Positions 9,124 to 19,600 of a DNA stretch of 56,225 bases are shown here, piece by piece. Source of the stretch: Armatimonadota bacterium (GTDB taxonomy: Bacteria; Armatimonadota; Armatimonadia; Armatimonadales; Armatimonadaceae); the NCBI GenBank assembly GCA_043754515.1, contig JAYUUO010000036.1, forward strand, positions 1 through 56,225. Reading direction: 5' to 3'. The notes beneath the pieces are model-generated. The model saw only the letters and a list, made by a program, of their open reading frames with translations, searched no databases and was not told the origin of the DNA. Position 1 is the stretch's first letter. Every line of letters begins with the position of its first letter. A program made the translations under genes and the position numbers.

Positions 9124-10957
9124 ACTCCTCCTCGCCCTTCTCGCGTCGCTCCTGATCGCCTTCCCCGCGCACGCTAGCGGGGAACATAAAGTCGTGCTGG
9201 TGCTGGTGTCAGGGGCGACTTTGGACGATCTACGGGAAGGCGGTGATCTGCCCTCCGTGCGGCAACTTGCGAACGAGGGCGGGGTCGCCCTCCTGCATAA
9301 CCGGACGTGGGGCACGTTTAACGAGAACGCGGCGTACCTCTCGGTCGGGGCGAGCGAGCGGATGGCGGCTCCCGCGTCCGGCGACCTATCGGGCGGTGCC
9401 CTGCGCCGCTTCCAGCCGAACGTGGCGGACCGCGCGGCGAAGGTCGGCGCGCTCGGGCGGTCCCTAGCGGGGCGGGCCGTTGTTCTGGAAGATCATCACC
9501 CCCCCCTCGGCTCCCTGGTCACTCTTGACGCCAGAGTTTCTCCCGCTACAGCGAACCCGGATGTACAGATCATCATCGCGGGGTCGAAGGCGGATTGCGA
9601 GGCAATCATGCGCCAGTTACTGGGCGACAAACGGACCGATCCCCCCGCTACCATCGTCGCCTCCCCCGAGACGCCGGAGATCGTTGACGGCGCGCCCTAC
9701 CGCCGTCTCGGCTTCCTGGTGTGGGGAGGTTCCGGGATCTCGCCGGGTTCGCTCCTCATCTCGCCGACGACGCGGACGCCGGGGCTGATCGCGAACGTGG
9801 ACATCGCACCCACCGTCGCTGCGTTCGCCCCCCGACGGATTCCGGGAGCCGCCGGTGCCGTCATCACCACGCTCCCGAACCCGCCAGGGCGGGCCTGGGA
9901 AGTCCTGGCCGACCTCGACCGGCAGACGATTGGGGCGGCGCGAGCGACCACGCCCGTCCTCGCCGGGTATGGCCTCTTCGCGGGAGTGTCGTGCCTTCTC
10001 GCCGTGGGTGCCCTCCGCATTCGCTCCCCGAAGCTCGTTGGTGCCGCGCGGTTCGCGCTCCTGATAGCGGCGAGCACATTACTTGCCCTGCTCCCAACCG
10101 GGATCGTCGCGCCCCGGACTTCGCTAATTTACGGGGCGGTCCTCGCCGGAATCGCCGTCGCTGTAGCCGCCACGGCGCAGGTAATCGCAAAGCCTCTGCG
10201 CGCCGATCCGCTCCGACTCGTTTTGTACGCCCTTGTCGCTACCATAACGGCGGACTCTTTTTTTCACGCGCATCTAGTCGAACGCTCGGTGCTTTCCGGT
10301 GCCACCCTGACCGGGATCCGGTTCTACGGCATGGGAAACGAGTGGTTCGGTTTATATGTCGGGGCGGCCATCGCATGCGCCGCGCCCTGGTGGATTGGCG
10401 TTCTGGTCGTCTGCGCGGACGGCTTGCCCTACTTCGGCGCGGACGCGGGCGGGACGCTCGCCGCCTCCACCGCGTTCGTTCTGCTCGCGCTTTGCCGGGA
10501 TGGGAAGGTGAACGTGAAGCGTGTCGCGGGTTCGTTCGGTGCCGGGATAGCAGTCACGCTCCTGTTCGCGCTACTGGACCGGTTGCAACCCGGCTCCGCC
10601 CGTTCCCACGTCGGCGCGGCGGTCGCGGCGGGGCAATCGCCGTCCGGCCTTCACGCGCTCGCCGACATCGCCCTGCGCAAGGTGACGATGAACGCAAGCC
10701 TGCTATTGTCGCCGTGGACACTGCTGACGCTGGCCGGGATGGCACTGATGTTGTACTGGATCCGCCGCGCCCCTGCGAGCAGCAGAACCCCGGAATGGGC
10801 GGGGGGCAACTTGGCGGTGCTTCCGGTAGCGGTAACGGGTGCCGTCGTCTCACTCCTTTTCAATGACGGTGGCGTGGCGGCGGGGATACTATTTCTCGTG
10901 CCCGTTCTTGTCCGGTGGCTTGACGCGGCACTCGCGGGTAAGGTAGAACCGGAGTAG
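9113..10957 (+). CDS. Multi-pass membrane protein with N-terminal alkaline-phosphatase-like extracellular domain
   Basis: Signal peptide; VVLVLVSG; TTRTPGLIANVDIAPT; many TM segments with RFYGMGNEWFG and GADAGG motifs. Confidence 0.6.
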   Translation: MAVRLLLALLASLLIAFPAHASGEHKVVLVLVSGATLDDLREGGDLPSVRQLANEGGVALLHNRTWGTFNENAAYLSVGASERMAAPASGDLSGGALRRFQPNVADRAAKVGALGRSLAGRAVVLEDHHPPLGSLVTLDARVSPATANPDVQIIIAGSKADCEAIMRQLLGDKRTDPPATIVASPETPEIVDGAPYRRLGFLVWGGSGISPGSLLISPTTRTPGLIANVDIAPTVAAFAPRRIPGAAGAVITTLPNPPGRAWEVLADLDRQTIGAARATTPVLAGYGLFAGVSCLLAVGALRIRSPKLVGAARFALLIAASTLLALLPTGIVAPRTSLIYGAVLAGIAVAVAATAQVIAKPLRADPLRLVLYALVATITADSFFHAHLVERSVLSGATLTGIRFYGMGNEWFGLYVGAAIACAAPWWIGVLVVCADGLPYFGADAGGTLAASTAFVLLALCRDGKVNVKRVAGSFGAGIAVTLLFALLDRLQPGSARSHVGAAVAAGQSPSGLHALADIALRKVTMNASLLLSPWTLLTLAGMALMLYWIRRAPASSRTPEWAGGNLAVLPVAVTGAVVSLLFNDGGVAAGILFLVPVLVRWLDAALAGKVEPE

Positions 10958-10960
10958 CTT

Positions 10961-11437
10961 ATGCGATTCATGGCGGTTGACTACGGGACGAAGCGGATCG
11001 GGCTTGCGACGTGCGACGAACTGGAGTTCGGCGCATACCCGCTCACGACGATCCGCCGCTCACGTGCCCTCGGGCACGACCTGGGTGAGATCCTGCGGCT
11101 CGCGGCTCGGGAACAGACGCAGGCACTCGTGGTCGGGCTACCGCTCAACGCGGACGGCTCGCACGGCCCCTCCGCGCAGGCCGCCACCGAGTTCGCGAAC
11201 GCCCTCAAGAAACGCACCACGCTTCCCCTTTCCATGCACGACGAATACGGCACTACTATGGACGCGGAAGAGATCCTTCTGGAAGCGGACGTTTCGCGGG
11301 CGAAGCGGCGTCAGCAGATTGACCAGATGGCGGCGGCGAGTCTACTCCGCTCTTTCCTGAGACACCGCGCCGACGAGCAGCGGAAACAGCGGACACCGGA
11401 CGACACAATGCCCCCCGCCGAAACGACCACGCCATGA
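10961..11437 (+). CDS. ruvX: YqgF/RuvX pre-16S rRNA nuclease (putative Holliday junction resolvase)
   Basis: MAVDYGTKRIGLA, VVGLPLNADG, DE, IDQMAAASLL. Confidence 0.95.
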   Translation: MRFMAVDYGTKRIGLATCDELEFGAYPLTTIRRSRALGHDLGEILRLAAREQTQALVVGLPLNADGSHGPSAQAATEFANALKKRTTLPLSMHDEYGTTMDAEEILLEADVSRAKRRQQIDQMAAASLLRSFLRHRADEQRKQRTPDDTMPPAETTTP

Positions 11438-12495
11438 TGCCACCCACGCCGACTGAGGGTACCGAGCCGCCATCACCCGCCCCGCCGCGCAACCGCGTTC
11501 CCATCGCCGTAATCGCGGCGGTTGTCGTCGCTCTACTTCTGCTCGGGGGGGCGGGCGGCACGCTCCTGTATCTACGCTGGGCGAAGGCTCCTGTCGCGGC
11601 GGGCGGCAGGCCGGTCCGGGTGACGGTGGCACCGGGTGCGAGCGCGGACGCCGTGGCGCGGGATCTGGAGGCGCGCCACCTGATCCGGTCCGCGCGGGTT
11701 TTCGTGACGGCGGCAAAGGGCATCGTCATCCGCCCCGGCATCTACGACATCTCGCCGTCCGAGTCACCCGCGCACATGGCCGCGCGTCTGGAGCGCGGCG
11801 ATGTGGTAACGGTTCGGGTGACGTTCCCCGAAGGCTTCACGTTGCGGCAGATCGCGCGGCGACTCGCGAGAAATAAACTCTGCGACGAGGCCGCGTTCTA
11901 TGAACTGGTGACGACGCGCGGCGACACGCTCAAAGCGTCCTTCACCCCGCCGAAAAATCTGGAAGGGTACCTATTCCCGGACACCTATCGCTTCCCCCTC
12001 GGCGCGAGCGAGATCAGTATAGCAGAACGGATGCTGGCCGGATTCGACACGGTTTTCGTCCGGCGACACGCGGAAGGTATTAGCCGATCCGGTCGGACCC
12101 TGCCCGAACTCGTTACGGTTGCTTCGATGGTAGAGCGGGAAGCCGAAGTTGATAAAGACCGGCCCCTCATCGCGGGTGTTATCTACAACCGGCTCCGTCG
12201 CGGGATGCGTTTACAGATTGATGCCACCGTGCAATACGCCCTCGCGGAGCACAAGACGCGCCTCCTGTATCGCGACCTCAAAGTTGACTCGCCGTACAAC
12301 ACCTACCGGGTGGCCGGTCTACCGCCCGGTGCTATCTGTTGCCCCGGCTTGCCGTCCCTTATAAGCGCGGTCGACCCGGCGCGTCATGACTACCTTTTCT
12401 ACGTCGCCCAGGCGGATAGGTCACATGTCTTCGCCCGGACGGGCACCGAGCACGAACGGAATATCGCCGCGGTTCGGCGGGAGAAGGGACGATAG
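11434..12495 (+). CDS. mltG: Endolytic transglycosylase MltG
   Basis: VTFPEGFT, LEGYLFPDTY, ASMVERE, NRL..GMRLQIDATVQY, SPYNTY..GLPPGAI. Confidence 0.95.
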   Translation: MMPPTPTEGTEPPSPAPPRNRVPIAVIAAVVVALLLLGGAGGTLLYLRWAKAPVAAGGRPVRVTVAPGASADAVARDLEARHLIRSARVFVTAAKGIVIRPGIYDISPSESPAHMAARLERGDVVTVRVTFPEGFTLRQIARRLARNKLCDEAAFYELVTTRGDTLKASFTPPKNLEGYLFPDTYRFPLGASEISIAERMLAGFDTVFVRRHAEGISRSGRTLPELVTVASMVEREAEVDKDRPLIAGVIYNRLRRGMRLQIDATVQYALAEHKTRLLYRDLKVDSPYNTYRVAGLPPGAICCPGLPSLISAVDPARHDYLFYVAQADRSHVFARTGTEHERNIAAVRREKGR

Positions 12496-12498
12496 CGT

Positions 12499-12528
12499 TT
12501 GACGGCTGTCTATCCAACATGGTACGAT
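12499..12528 (+). promoter_or_regulatory. Putative sigma70 promoter upstream of the foldase gene (long 5' leader)
   Basis: TTGACG-N18-TACGAT; AGGAG at 12731 ahead of TTG at 12744. Confidence 0.4.
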
Positions 12529-12743
12529 TCGCACAACCGTGCTTCCGCTGGAGATTCTCCCACGATGCTCTCTCGTTATGTCAGTGATGTTTTTGGCCAT
12601 CCTGCGGCGATGCCGGGAAACATTTGTCGGTCGCACACCGTAAAGATACAGGATAGGCGTCGGCTCGTACCATCCCCTGCATTTTAGCCGCACGTCTTGA
12701 AGCTTGTATTTCATATCTATTCCCAATGTCAGGAGTTTTTTCC

Positions 12744-13907
12744 TTGAGTCGTAAACCCTCTTATTTCATCCCCAGCCGGAGACGGACACCAGTACGTGCC
12801 GTAGCATTAGCCATCGCCCGTCCCGCCAACAGTGCCGAATGGAATGCCTTGGTCATCGCGGCACTCGCGGGTGCCGCCGCGCTCGGCGTATTGCTCTTGT
12901 CCGGATGTAATTCCGGCTCGAAAACATTCGCCAAGATCAATGGCCAGATCGTCACGCAGGACGAGTATATGCACCAGCTCGAGCGACAGACGGTAACCGT
13001 ACCGGGCGGGCAACCGACCAACGCCGAGCGCGTCGTCCTTGACCAGATCATCAGCAACCGGGTGATCATGACGGAGGCGTCCAAGAACGGCGCGCAACCG
13101 AGCGACGACGACGTGGCGAAGATGTTCGACGTACAAAAGAAATTGTTCGTCGCCCAGTTCCCCGGCAAAGTCTACGAGGACGCTATGAAGGAGCAGGGTA
13201 CAACCCCCGACGAGATCAAGAGCGACCAGCGCGTTCAACTCGCCGAGACGGCTCTCTACGGCAAACTTCTGAAGCTCGACGAGAGCGAAGTGAGAACCAC
13301 GTATGACAAGTTCCGCTCCCAGTTCGGGCTACCAGCACGCGTGCAGATGCGCCTCGTGGTCGCGGGCGACAAGACGCCCGAGTACACCAAGATCGCTCAG
13401 GCACTTGCGAGTGGCAAACCGTTCGATGAAATAGCGAAGACAATGAACCCGCTCCAAATGCGCGGAACGGGCGGCCTGTTGCCGCAAGCGATTGCGATCA
13501 ACACGCTCGCGCCGCAGATGCAAACGAAGATCACGCAAACTGCGGAAGGGAAATACTTCGGGCCGATAGACTTCCAGCAGAAAGGCGGGAAGGCTTGGGT
13601 GAAGATCGAGAAGAAGCTCCCGGAGTACATGATCCCCTACGAGGATGCCGCGCCGCTTGTCCGCCGCCAGCTAGTGCAGGTCAAGTTGCAGGATCCGAAG
13701 AATCAGGCGATCAAGAATGACATCCTGCAAAAGAAGATGCAGGCGAAGTTCGAGTCCGAGAACAAGTCGTACGAAGCGGTCTGGAACGCGGTGAAGGATG
13801 CCGCGAACAAGGCAGGCGTCGGACAATCCCCGGCCACATCCGCCCCTGCCGCGCCCGCGACCGGGGTCATGCCGGGTAACGCGCCCGCCGCGCCCGCGCC
13901 GCAGTAG
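12744..13907 (+). CDS. SurA/PrsA-like foldase lipoprotein (SurA_N + degenerate parvulin)
   Basis: Lipobox LLSGC; AKINGQIVT; VLDQIISNRVI; SGKPFDEIAK..GGLL. Confidence 0.75.
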   Translation: MSRKPSYFIPSRRRTPVRAVALAIARPANSAEWNALVIAALAGAAALGVLLLSGCNSGSKTFAKINGQIVTQDEYMHQLERQTVTVPGGQPTNAERVVLDQIISNRVIMTEASKNGAQPSDDDVAKMFDVQKKLFVAQFPGKVYEDAMKEQGTTPDEIKSDQRVQLAETALYGKLLKLDESEVRTTYDKFRSQFGLPARVQMRLVVAGDKTPEYTKIAQALASGKPFDEIAKTMNPLQMRGTGGLLPQAIAINTLAPQMQTKITQTAEGKYFGPIDFQQKGGKAWVKIEKKLPEYMIPYEDAAPLVRRQLVQVKLQDPKNQAIKNDILQKKMQAKFESENKSYEAVWNAVKDAANKAGVGQSPATSAPAAPATGVMPGNAPAAPAPQ

Positions 13908-13920
13908 AAACATGCGAATA

Positions 13921-13958
13921 AGAAACAGCCGCGCGATGTGAATCGCGCGGCTGTTTCT
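13921..13958. terminator. Bidirectional intrinsic terminator between the foldase gene and the tRNA
   Basis: Perfect 17-bp stem agaaacagccgcgcgat / atcgcgcggctgtttct. Confidence 0.85.
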
Positions 13959-13967
13959 GTTCCCGGA

Positions 13968-14040
13968 TGGAGATAAGGGGGCTCGAACCCCTGACCTCTA
14001 CAATGCGAATGTAGCGCTCTCCCAACTGAGCTATATCCCC
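13968..14040 (-). tRNA. tRNA-Ala (anticodon CGC), CCA not encoded
   Basis: GGGGATATAGCTCAGTTGGGAGAGCGCTACATTCGCATTGTAGAGGTCAGGGGTTCGAGCCCCCTTATCTCCA; G3-U70 alanine identity pair. Confidence 0.95.
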
Positions 14041-14052
14041 GTAGCGATTGCA

Positions 14053-14081
14053 ATGTTATCATGGCCGCGCAGCGGTGTCAA
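14053..14081 (-). promoter_or_regulatory. tRNA promoter
   Basis: Minus strand TTGACA-N17-TAACAT just upstream of the tRNA 5' end. Confidence 0.7.
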
Positions 14082-14110
14082 GACGTACGGAAACGCCGTA
14101 CAATACCCAC

Positions 14111-14833
14111 GTGCCCTCCCAATATCTCGCCACCCTCCTACAACCAGCCGCCCCCGTCGCGTCGCCGCTCTGTTACGCTCTCGGATACGCGGCCGGGGTG
14201 GGCGCGTTCGCATGGCTTGCGAGGCGGCGCGGTCTGTCAACGGCTGGGGTGTGGTCGGTCGCGCTGGTCGGCTTGTTCGGTGGCTTGATCGGTGCGAATC
14301 TGGCGCAGTTCATGGCGGGGGGCGGCAACGGCGCCGGAAAAACGGTGTTGGGCGGGGTCATCGGCGGCTATTTTTGCGTCCACCTTTACAAGCACCGCAT
14401 CGGGATCACCCGCCCGCTCGGTGATCTGTTCGCGTTCGCTCTGTCTGCGGGCGAGGCCGTAGGGCGGTGGGGGTGTTTCTTCGGCGGCTGTTGCTACGGC
14501 CGCGAGGCGGGGCGTGCGGCGTGGTGGACGATACATCAACACGGCGCGGACCGCTACCCGACCCAGATTCTTCTTTCGCTTACTTCCGGCCTGATCTTCG
14601 CGCTCCTCGTGGCACTCGAGAAACGCCGTGCACTGCCAGAGAACGGCCTCTTTTGGGTGCAGGGTTTATTGGCCTGTAGCGCACGGTTCGTGATCGAGTA
14701 TTACCGGACGGGGACACCGGTACAAATGGGGCTGACGGCGGCGCAGTGGGCGTCGCTCGCGGGCACCGCGTTTTTCGGCGTGATGCTGATCCGGATATTA
14801 CGCGGGATGTCGCCGCGCGGTGTTCCAGCATGA
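14111..14833 (+). CDS. Prolipoprotein diacylglyceryl transferase family paralog (Lgt-like)
   Basis: GKTVLGGVIGG, GEAVGRWGCFFGGCCYG, YPTQ, RFVIEYYR; GTG start 6 nt after TACAAT. Confidence 0.85.
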   Translation: MPSQYLATLLQPAAPVASPLCYALGYAAGVGAFAWLARRRGLSTAGVWSVALVGLFGGLIGANLAQFMAGGGNGAGKTVLGGVIGGYFCVHLYKHRIGITRPLGDLFAFALSAGEAVGRWGCFFGGCCYGREAGRAAWWTIHQHGADRYPTQILLSLTSGLIFALLVALEKRRALPENGLFWVQGLLACSARFVIEYYRTGTPVQMGLTAAQWASLAGTAFFGVMLIRILRGMSPRGVPA

Positions 14834-15429
14834 CGTGCCCAAACTGTCTGCATGAAGATGGCGACAAGCAGAGCGGATTTTGCTCCTACTGCGGCGCGCT
14901 GACACGGCTTTCGTCACCGGACGGGGTTCAAAAACACGCTGCCCCTGCCCCACCTAAATCGGAGCCGATGTCGCCCGGTCCTTTGCTAACAGGTAGGATT
15001 GCGCTGGATGCCGCGCTCGGGTTTATGGGAGAAGCAGTGGCGACCGCGATGCTGATCTACGCGGCGTGGCTCTGCCTGACTGACGGCAACGGAAACTTTC
15101 TGATGCGCGGCGTGACGGCGGTGGCGTGCCTCTCGACGGCCATCTTTCTCTTCTGGCACACGAAGCAGATGCGCGAGCGGTACCCAGCGTTCGCGCGCGG
15201 CTGGCGGCGGGGGCGCGATACACTGGGGGTCGGCGGGGAGCACTTGAGAACCCTCTGCTTCGGGCTACTCACACTCGCCGTACTCTTCCCGCTGGGCGGG
15301 CTACTGATCTGCTTCGGCATGGCTTGTGGGCCAGCGGCTTGGATCGCCGCGTTAATGATTGCTTACCTATTCGGGATGCTCACACGCCGGATGTCGTTCG
15401 GCAACAACAAACCGGGGGGGCCAAAATAA
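14830..15429 (+). CDS. Zinc-ribbon membrane protein, paralog 1
   Basis: MTCPNC..FCSYCG, then Pro-rich linker and about 4 TM; ATGA overlap with the Lgt-like gene. Confidence 0.75.
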   Translation: MTCPNCLHEDGDKQSGFCSYCGALTRLSSPDGVQKHAAPAPPKSEPMSPGPLLTGRIALDAALGFMGEAVATAMLIYAAWLCLTDGNGNFLMRGVTAVACLSTAIFLFWHTKQMRERYPAFARGWRRGRDTLGVGGEHLRTLCFGLLTLAVLFPLGGLLICFGMACGPAAWIAALMIAYLFGMLTRRMSFGNNKPGGPK

Positions 15430-15854
15430 TGACCGAGGGAACCCTAGGCCGGATGCTCTTGTTTGCGGGGGTGCGGGCGCGCCGAGACGCGCGCGGGGGT
15501 AGGCTTCTGTCCGAACTGTGGGGGCACCCTGATCGGTGCCGCGCACGTTTCCGTTCCCCCGCGGGAGAAGCCGGAGAAGAACGAGGGCATGGGAGCAGTA
15601 CCAAAATCGGATGTGCCACTACCTCCTCACCTATCTCCCCCGCCCCGTCACATCAGCCGTGGGCGGTGACTGCGGACGCCCCGCGACCCGTGCTAAATGG
15701 CCCGCCGCCGAGAGGCCCACGCAACGGCGTGGCCGTTGGTCTCGGCCTCCTCTGGGGATGCGTGTCCGTGGTACTCACGGCATTCGGCGTCGTCTTCGTA
15801 ATCGTCGCGCTGTGGATCGTCGTTGCGATGGCGACGAATCGGGAGCACCCATGA
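15429..15854 (+). pseudogene. Zinc-ribbon membrane protein, paralog 2, scrambled by three apparent 1-nt deletions
   Basis: PDALVC, GCGRAET..FCPNCGGTL and QPWAVT..TM lie in three different frames and match paralog 3. Confidence 0.65.
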
Positions 15855-16624
15855 GCGAACCTGATAATCTGCCCGCCGCCGATTCGGTCGTCTGCCCCAA
15901 CTGCGGGCGCGCGGAGGCGGACTCTGCCGTCCGCTTCTGCCCGAACTGCGGGGCGGTGCTACCGGTGTTCGCGTCTCGGCGGACGACGCAGACCGGGTTC
16001 GCGGCCCTCGCCCAGCAGATCCCGCCCCCAGAACAGACCGCGGGAAACACCCCTCCCGCTCCGCCCGTCAAAGTGGAAACACCGGCGACGCGACAACCCT
16101 GGGCCATCACCCCGGACGGCGTCGCCGCCGGTTTCACGCCGCTGGAGGACGACGAGTCGGGTCCCTTCCTTTCGAGGAATCTGTGGGGGGACCGTGCACT
16201 CGGATTCATCGGCGAGGTCGGCGCGGTCACCCTCGGGGTCGGCATCCTTATCGCGACGGGCGAGGCGGCGAACGGCAACACGTTGCCTATTTGGGCGGCT
16301 CCGGTGATATTCGTGGCTGGCGGGGCGTTGCTCGCCCTGTGTCTGTGGCAGGCGAAGCGGCTACGCGAGACCTACCCGCAACTGGCGCGGGGCTGGTATG
16401 CCGGACGTTCCATCTGGGAGAATACGATCCTGCCTATTCTGATCGGGATCGTGGTGGTCGGTCTGATGCTTCTGCTACTGGGGCCGCTGGGTCTGCTCGC
16501 GGTCTGTCTGGGTGGCGTCGCCATCGCCGCGCTCGGGCCATTCGGATGGCTTCTGCTCGCGGTGTTTATCTTCGTCGTCGGCCGCGTAATCCTGTTCCTG
16601 ATCCGGCGCAACCGGAAGCGTTAA
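15851..16624 (+). CDS. Zinc-ribbon membrane protein, paralog 3
   Basis: VVCPNCGR..FCPNCGAVL; shares ALGFxGE and RExYPxxARGW with paralog 1; RBS GGGAG. Confidence 0.8.
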   Translation: MSEPDNLPAADSVVCPNCGRAEADSAVRFCPNCGAVLPVFASRRTTQTGFAALAQQIPPPEQTAGNTPPAPPVKVETPATRQPWAITPDGVAAGFTPLEDDESGPFLSRNLWGDRALGFIGEVGAVTLGVGILIATGEAANGNTLPIWAAPVIFVAGGALLALCLWQAKRLRETYPQLARGWYAGRSIWENTILPILIGIVVVGLMLLLLGPLGLLAVCLGGVAIAALGPFGWLLLAVFIFVVGRVILFLIRRNRKR

Positions 16625-16651
16625 GCGCGTAACGCTCCCGGCCCGAAAGAG

Positions 16652-19600
16652 CTACGGCCCCGCGAGAATCGCGGCGCGGGCCGCCTTGTATTCGGCATCT
16701 TCGATCAGCCCCTCGTCGAAAAGCCCCTTGAGTTCTTGTAGCCGCTCCTTTTTGGAAAGAAGCGTGGCCGACGCGGTAATAGCAGGCATGGAAGCCGTCG
16801 CCGCAAGTGCCACGCCACCCCCGCCCCCGTTCAGCGAGGGGAACGGCGCGACAGTGGTAGCGACGACAGTCACCGGCACGTTCGCGGCGGGTGCTACGGA
16901 AACCGCGTTCCCGAACCCCGCGTAGTTGACGCGCTCCAGATAATCCGAGATCGCCTTCTGGTACGGGCGATAAATCGCGGGCGGCAGTACCCGTTCCTGC
17001 ACCTGCACGTGCCGCACGAGTTGCCCACCGAGTTCGCTCACGCCCAGTTCATGCAACTTCGCCTCGATTCCCTGATCCAGTTGCTCGCGGAGAGTCTGGT
17101 TGTCGCACAGGTTCATGATGATCTCGCGGCCTTCTTTCGGCGGGCGTGACGCCTGCGTCGCCTCCGATTCGCCCTGCGCTATCAGTTTCGCCATGTCCCC
17201 GGTAATATTTATGAACGCGCCGAGCGGGTCCGTTTTCGGCATCCCGAACCGGTCGTTGTATTTGGCTATGAACTTCACCGTCTCGCGCGTGCCGGTCGCC
17301 GTGTAGCGGGTGTCCCGCTCTTCGTCAATCACCCGCGCCGCCCATCCGACGCAGAACGTCTGCCACGCCTGCGACTGCGTTAGGAACGAGGGCGGCGAGA
17401 TGCGGATCCATTCGCGGATGTCGCGCCGTGTGTGGATCGGGTTCGCCGACGCCCCCTGCGCGAGTGCTTGTTCGTAGGCGAACCGGTACTCCTCGATCCC
17501 GACCAGAAGGCGGAGCGGGAACGCCGCCCGCTCGCGCAGGAAGAGTGCCTGGTGCTGCTCGTCCGCGTTCGAGATCTGTCCGTCGCGGATCCCCTGCACC
17601 GTGTCTTTCAGCATCGAGCGGAACCGCTGCTCGGCGTCCGTGCGCGGCTCCGCGCCGTTCATCACGCCCACAATGGTCTGCTCTTTATTCTGGTTGTGCT
17701 TGTAGTTCGGCGCGTTCTCCTGAAGGTGGATAAACGGCGACGATAACGAGTAAACGTGCGAGAGTTGCGCAACAGAACGCTCTGTTCCTTCGCCGTATTT
17801 TTGAAAGAACTTGTCGAGCACGGACTCCGACTCGAGCGCGCCGAACACACGCTCCGAGCGGGATGTTAACGCCGCCTTGATGCGGTTCAGGTCGGCGTCG
17901 CGTATGCCGTAAATATTGCCCGCCGTGCCGAGTTCCGCTAGCACGTCCGCCGACGCGGTGGTTACCACCGGGTTCGATGGGTCGAGGCCATTGCCGACGT
18001 AAGCGGTGTACCGGTTCTCTATGTCGCCCCCCTCGTAGTTCACCACGCCGTTTTCCGTTTCCACGCGCCGCCCCCGGTCGAAGAGCGAGTCGCCGTTCAC
18101 GCTAACGCCGGACTCGATGGCGGCGTTCTCTTCCTTTCGGTAGTACGCCTCCAGAGACTTCATGCGCTCGATATACGCGTCCATCTCCTCCTTCAAACGA
18201 TCAAGCACCGGGAGCATCGCCGTGTAGAAGTAGATCGCCGCGTCTTGTGCGCGGATGTCAATCATCGCCACGTCCCACCGCCGCGCCTGCGAGAAGTAAG
18301 CGTCCTTCTTCTCGTTGATCTCGCGTCGTCGCGCGCCCATGATCAGACCCAGCATCGGGTCGGCGGCGAAGCGGGTGATCTCGCCGAGTTGCGTGTCGCG
18401 CTGGATGGCCGTCGGCGCGAGTGATTCCTTGCTCTGGTCACGGGTCTTGCCGACGACGTCAACGAACGAGCGGAACCGTTCCGTCGCCTGATCGAGGAAG
18501 GCGCGGGCGACGCCGTGACGGCGGTTGGGGTCGTTCACGCAGTCCGACAGGAACGACCGCAGGGCGATTTCCTTCGCCGGTATCAGGGTGCGAAGGTTTT
18601 CCCGCATCTGCCACAGATACTCACCAAGGTTGGTGCGCGCCTTGCCCAGAATATCCGGGTTCGGGTCGGTGTCAACGAGTTTCGCTTCCTGTTCCTTCTG
18701 CTTCACGGTGAGTAGCTCGACCACACGGTTGTCTCCGGGATACGCGGTCTCGTACTGGCGGTTCACGTTGTTCCAGAAGCCCATGGCGATGTCACGGATC
18801 AGTTCGCCCGACTCGGCGTTGAGCACCTGGATCTGTCGTTGTACCTCGTCCATGCTCAGGCCGAGGCGTCCGAGTTCGCCCTCCGTGAAGGCGCCGATGT
18901 GGGCGACTTTTTGTAGCGGCTCGGTCCAGCGGGCGACGATCTGGCGGCAGAGGCGCGACGAACAGGCCCGCACCACCTTGTCTTTGGGAAAGTGAATGGC
19001 GGACAAGCCCATGCTCATGAAGTTCTGCGGGCAACCCAGGTCATCCGGCACGGTCAGGTACTGATCGAAGTTGTTGCGGTTCGACTTCTTCTGACGCTGG
19101 AACTCGGAAGTAAGGTCGAGGAACACCGAGTTGCCAATCATGCCGACCAGTTTATCCACGCTCCCGAGGTTGGTTTTCGGCGATGACGTGTCCACCAGGT
19201 AGCAGTAGCGGAACGGCGGCTCGGGATTGCCCGCGCCGTTATTGATACCCGGCTGATCCGGCTTGTACTGCGCGTGGAACGTAGTCGAGACGTCGGTGAA
19301 GTGGTTCAATTCCACCAGCCCCGCGTAGGCGTTCGGCTTGTTGTCGGTCGCCACCGCGGCACCCGACGGCGGCACGGTGAAGATGCCGATCACCTCCAGC
19401 AGGCTCTGCGACTTGAGCAGTTCCTTCACGGTGTAGGCTACGTCAATGAACATGCCCGAGCCGGTGCCTCCGAGGAGCGAGCCGAGAACGTAGACCGTCA
19501 CGTCGTCGGACACCTGCAACCCGTTGCGGATCGCCGCCGCTTTGCTAGCCTCCTTAGTAATCTCGCCGTACTCCTCCTGGATCCGCCCGACGATCTTGTC

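Noticed and set aside
9721..10866. Long alternative-frame ORFs (also 4426..5430, 37790..38779, 47346..48140)
   Set aside because: Shadow ORFs typical of high-GC DNA overlapping well-supported genes
12529..12743. Long 5' leader as a possible riboswitch
   Set aside because: No recognisable aptamer consensus or terminator
6481..14040. Functional clustering of alaS with tRNA-Ala
   Set aside because: Opposite strands with separate promoters and a terminator between them; no T-box or shared regulation visible
15536..15850. N-terminal extension of the 15536..16624 ORF
   Set aside because: Off-frame overlap with paralog 2; the real start is 15851 with RBS and ATGA coupling
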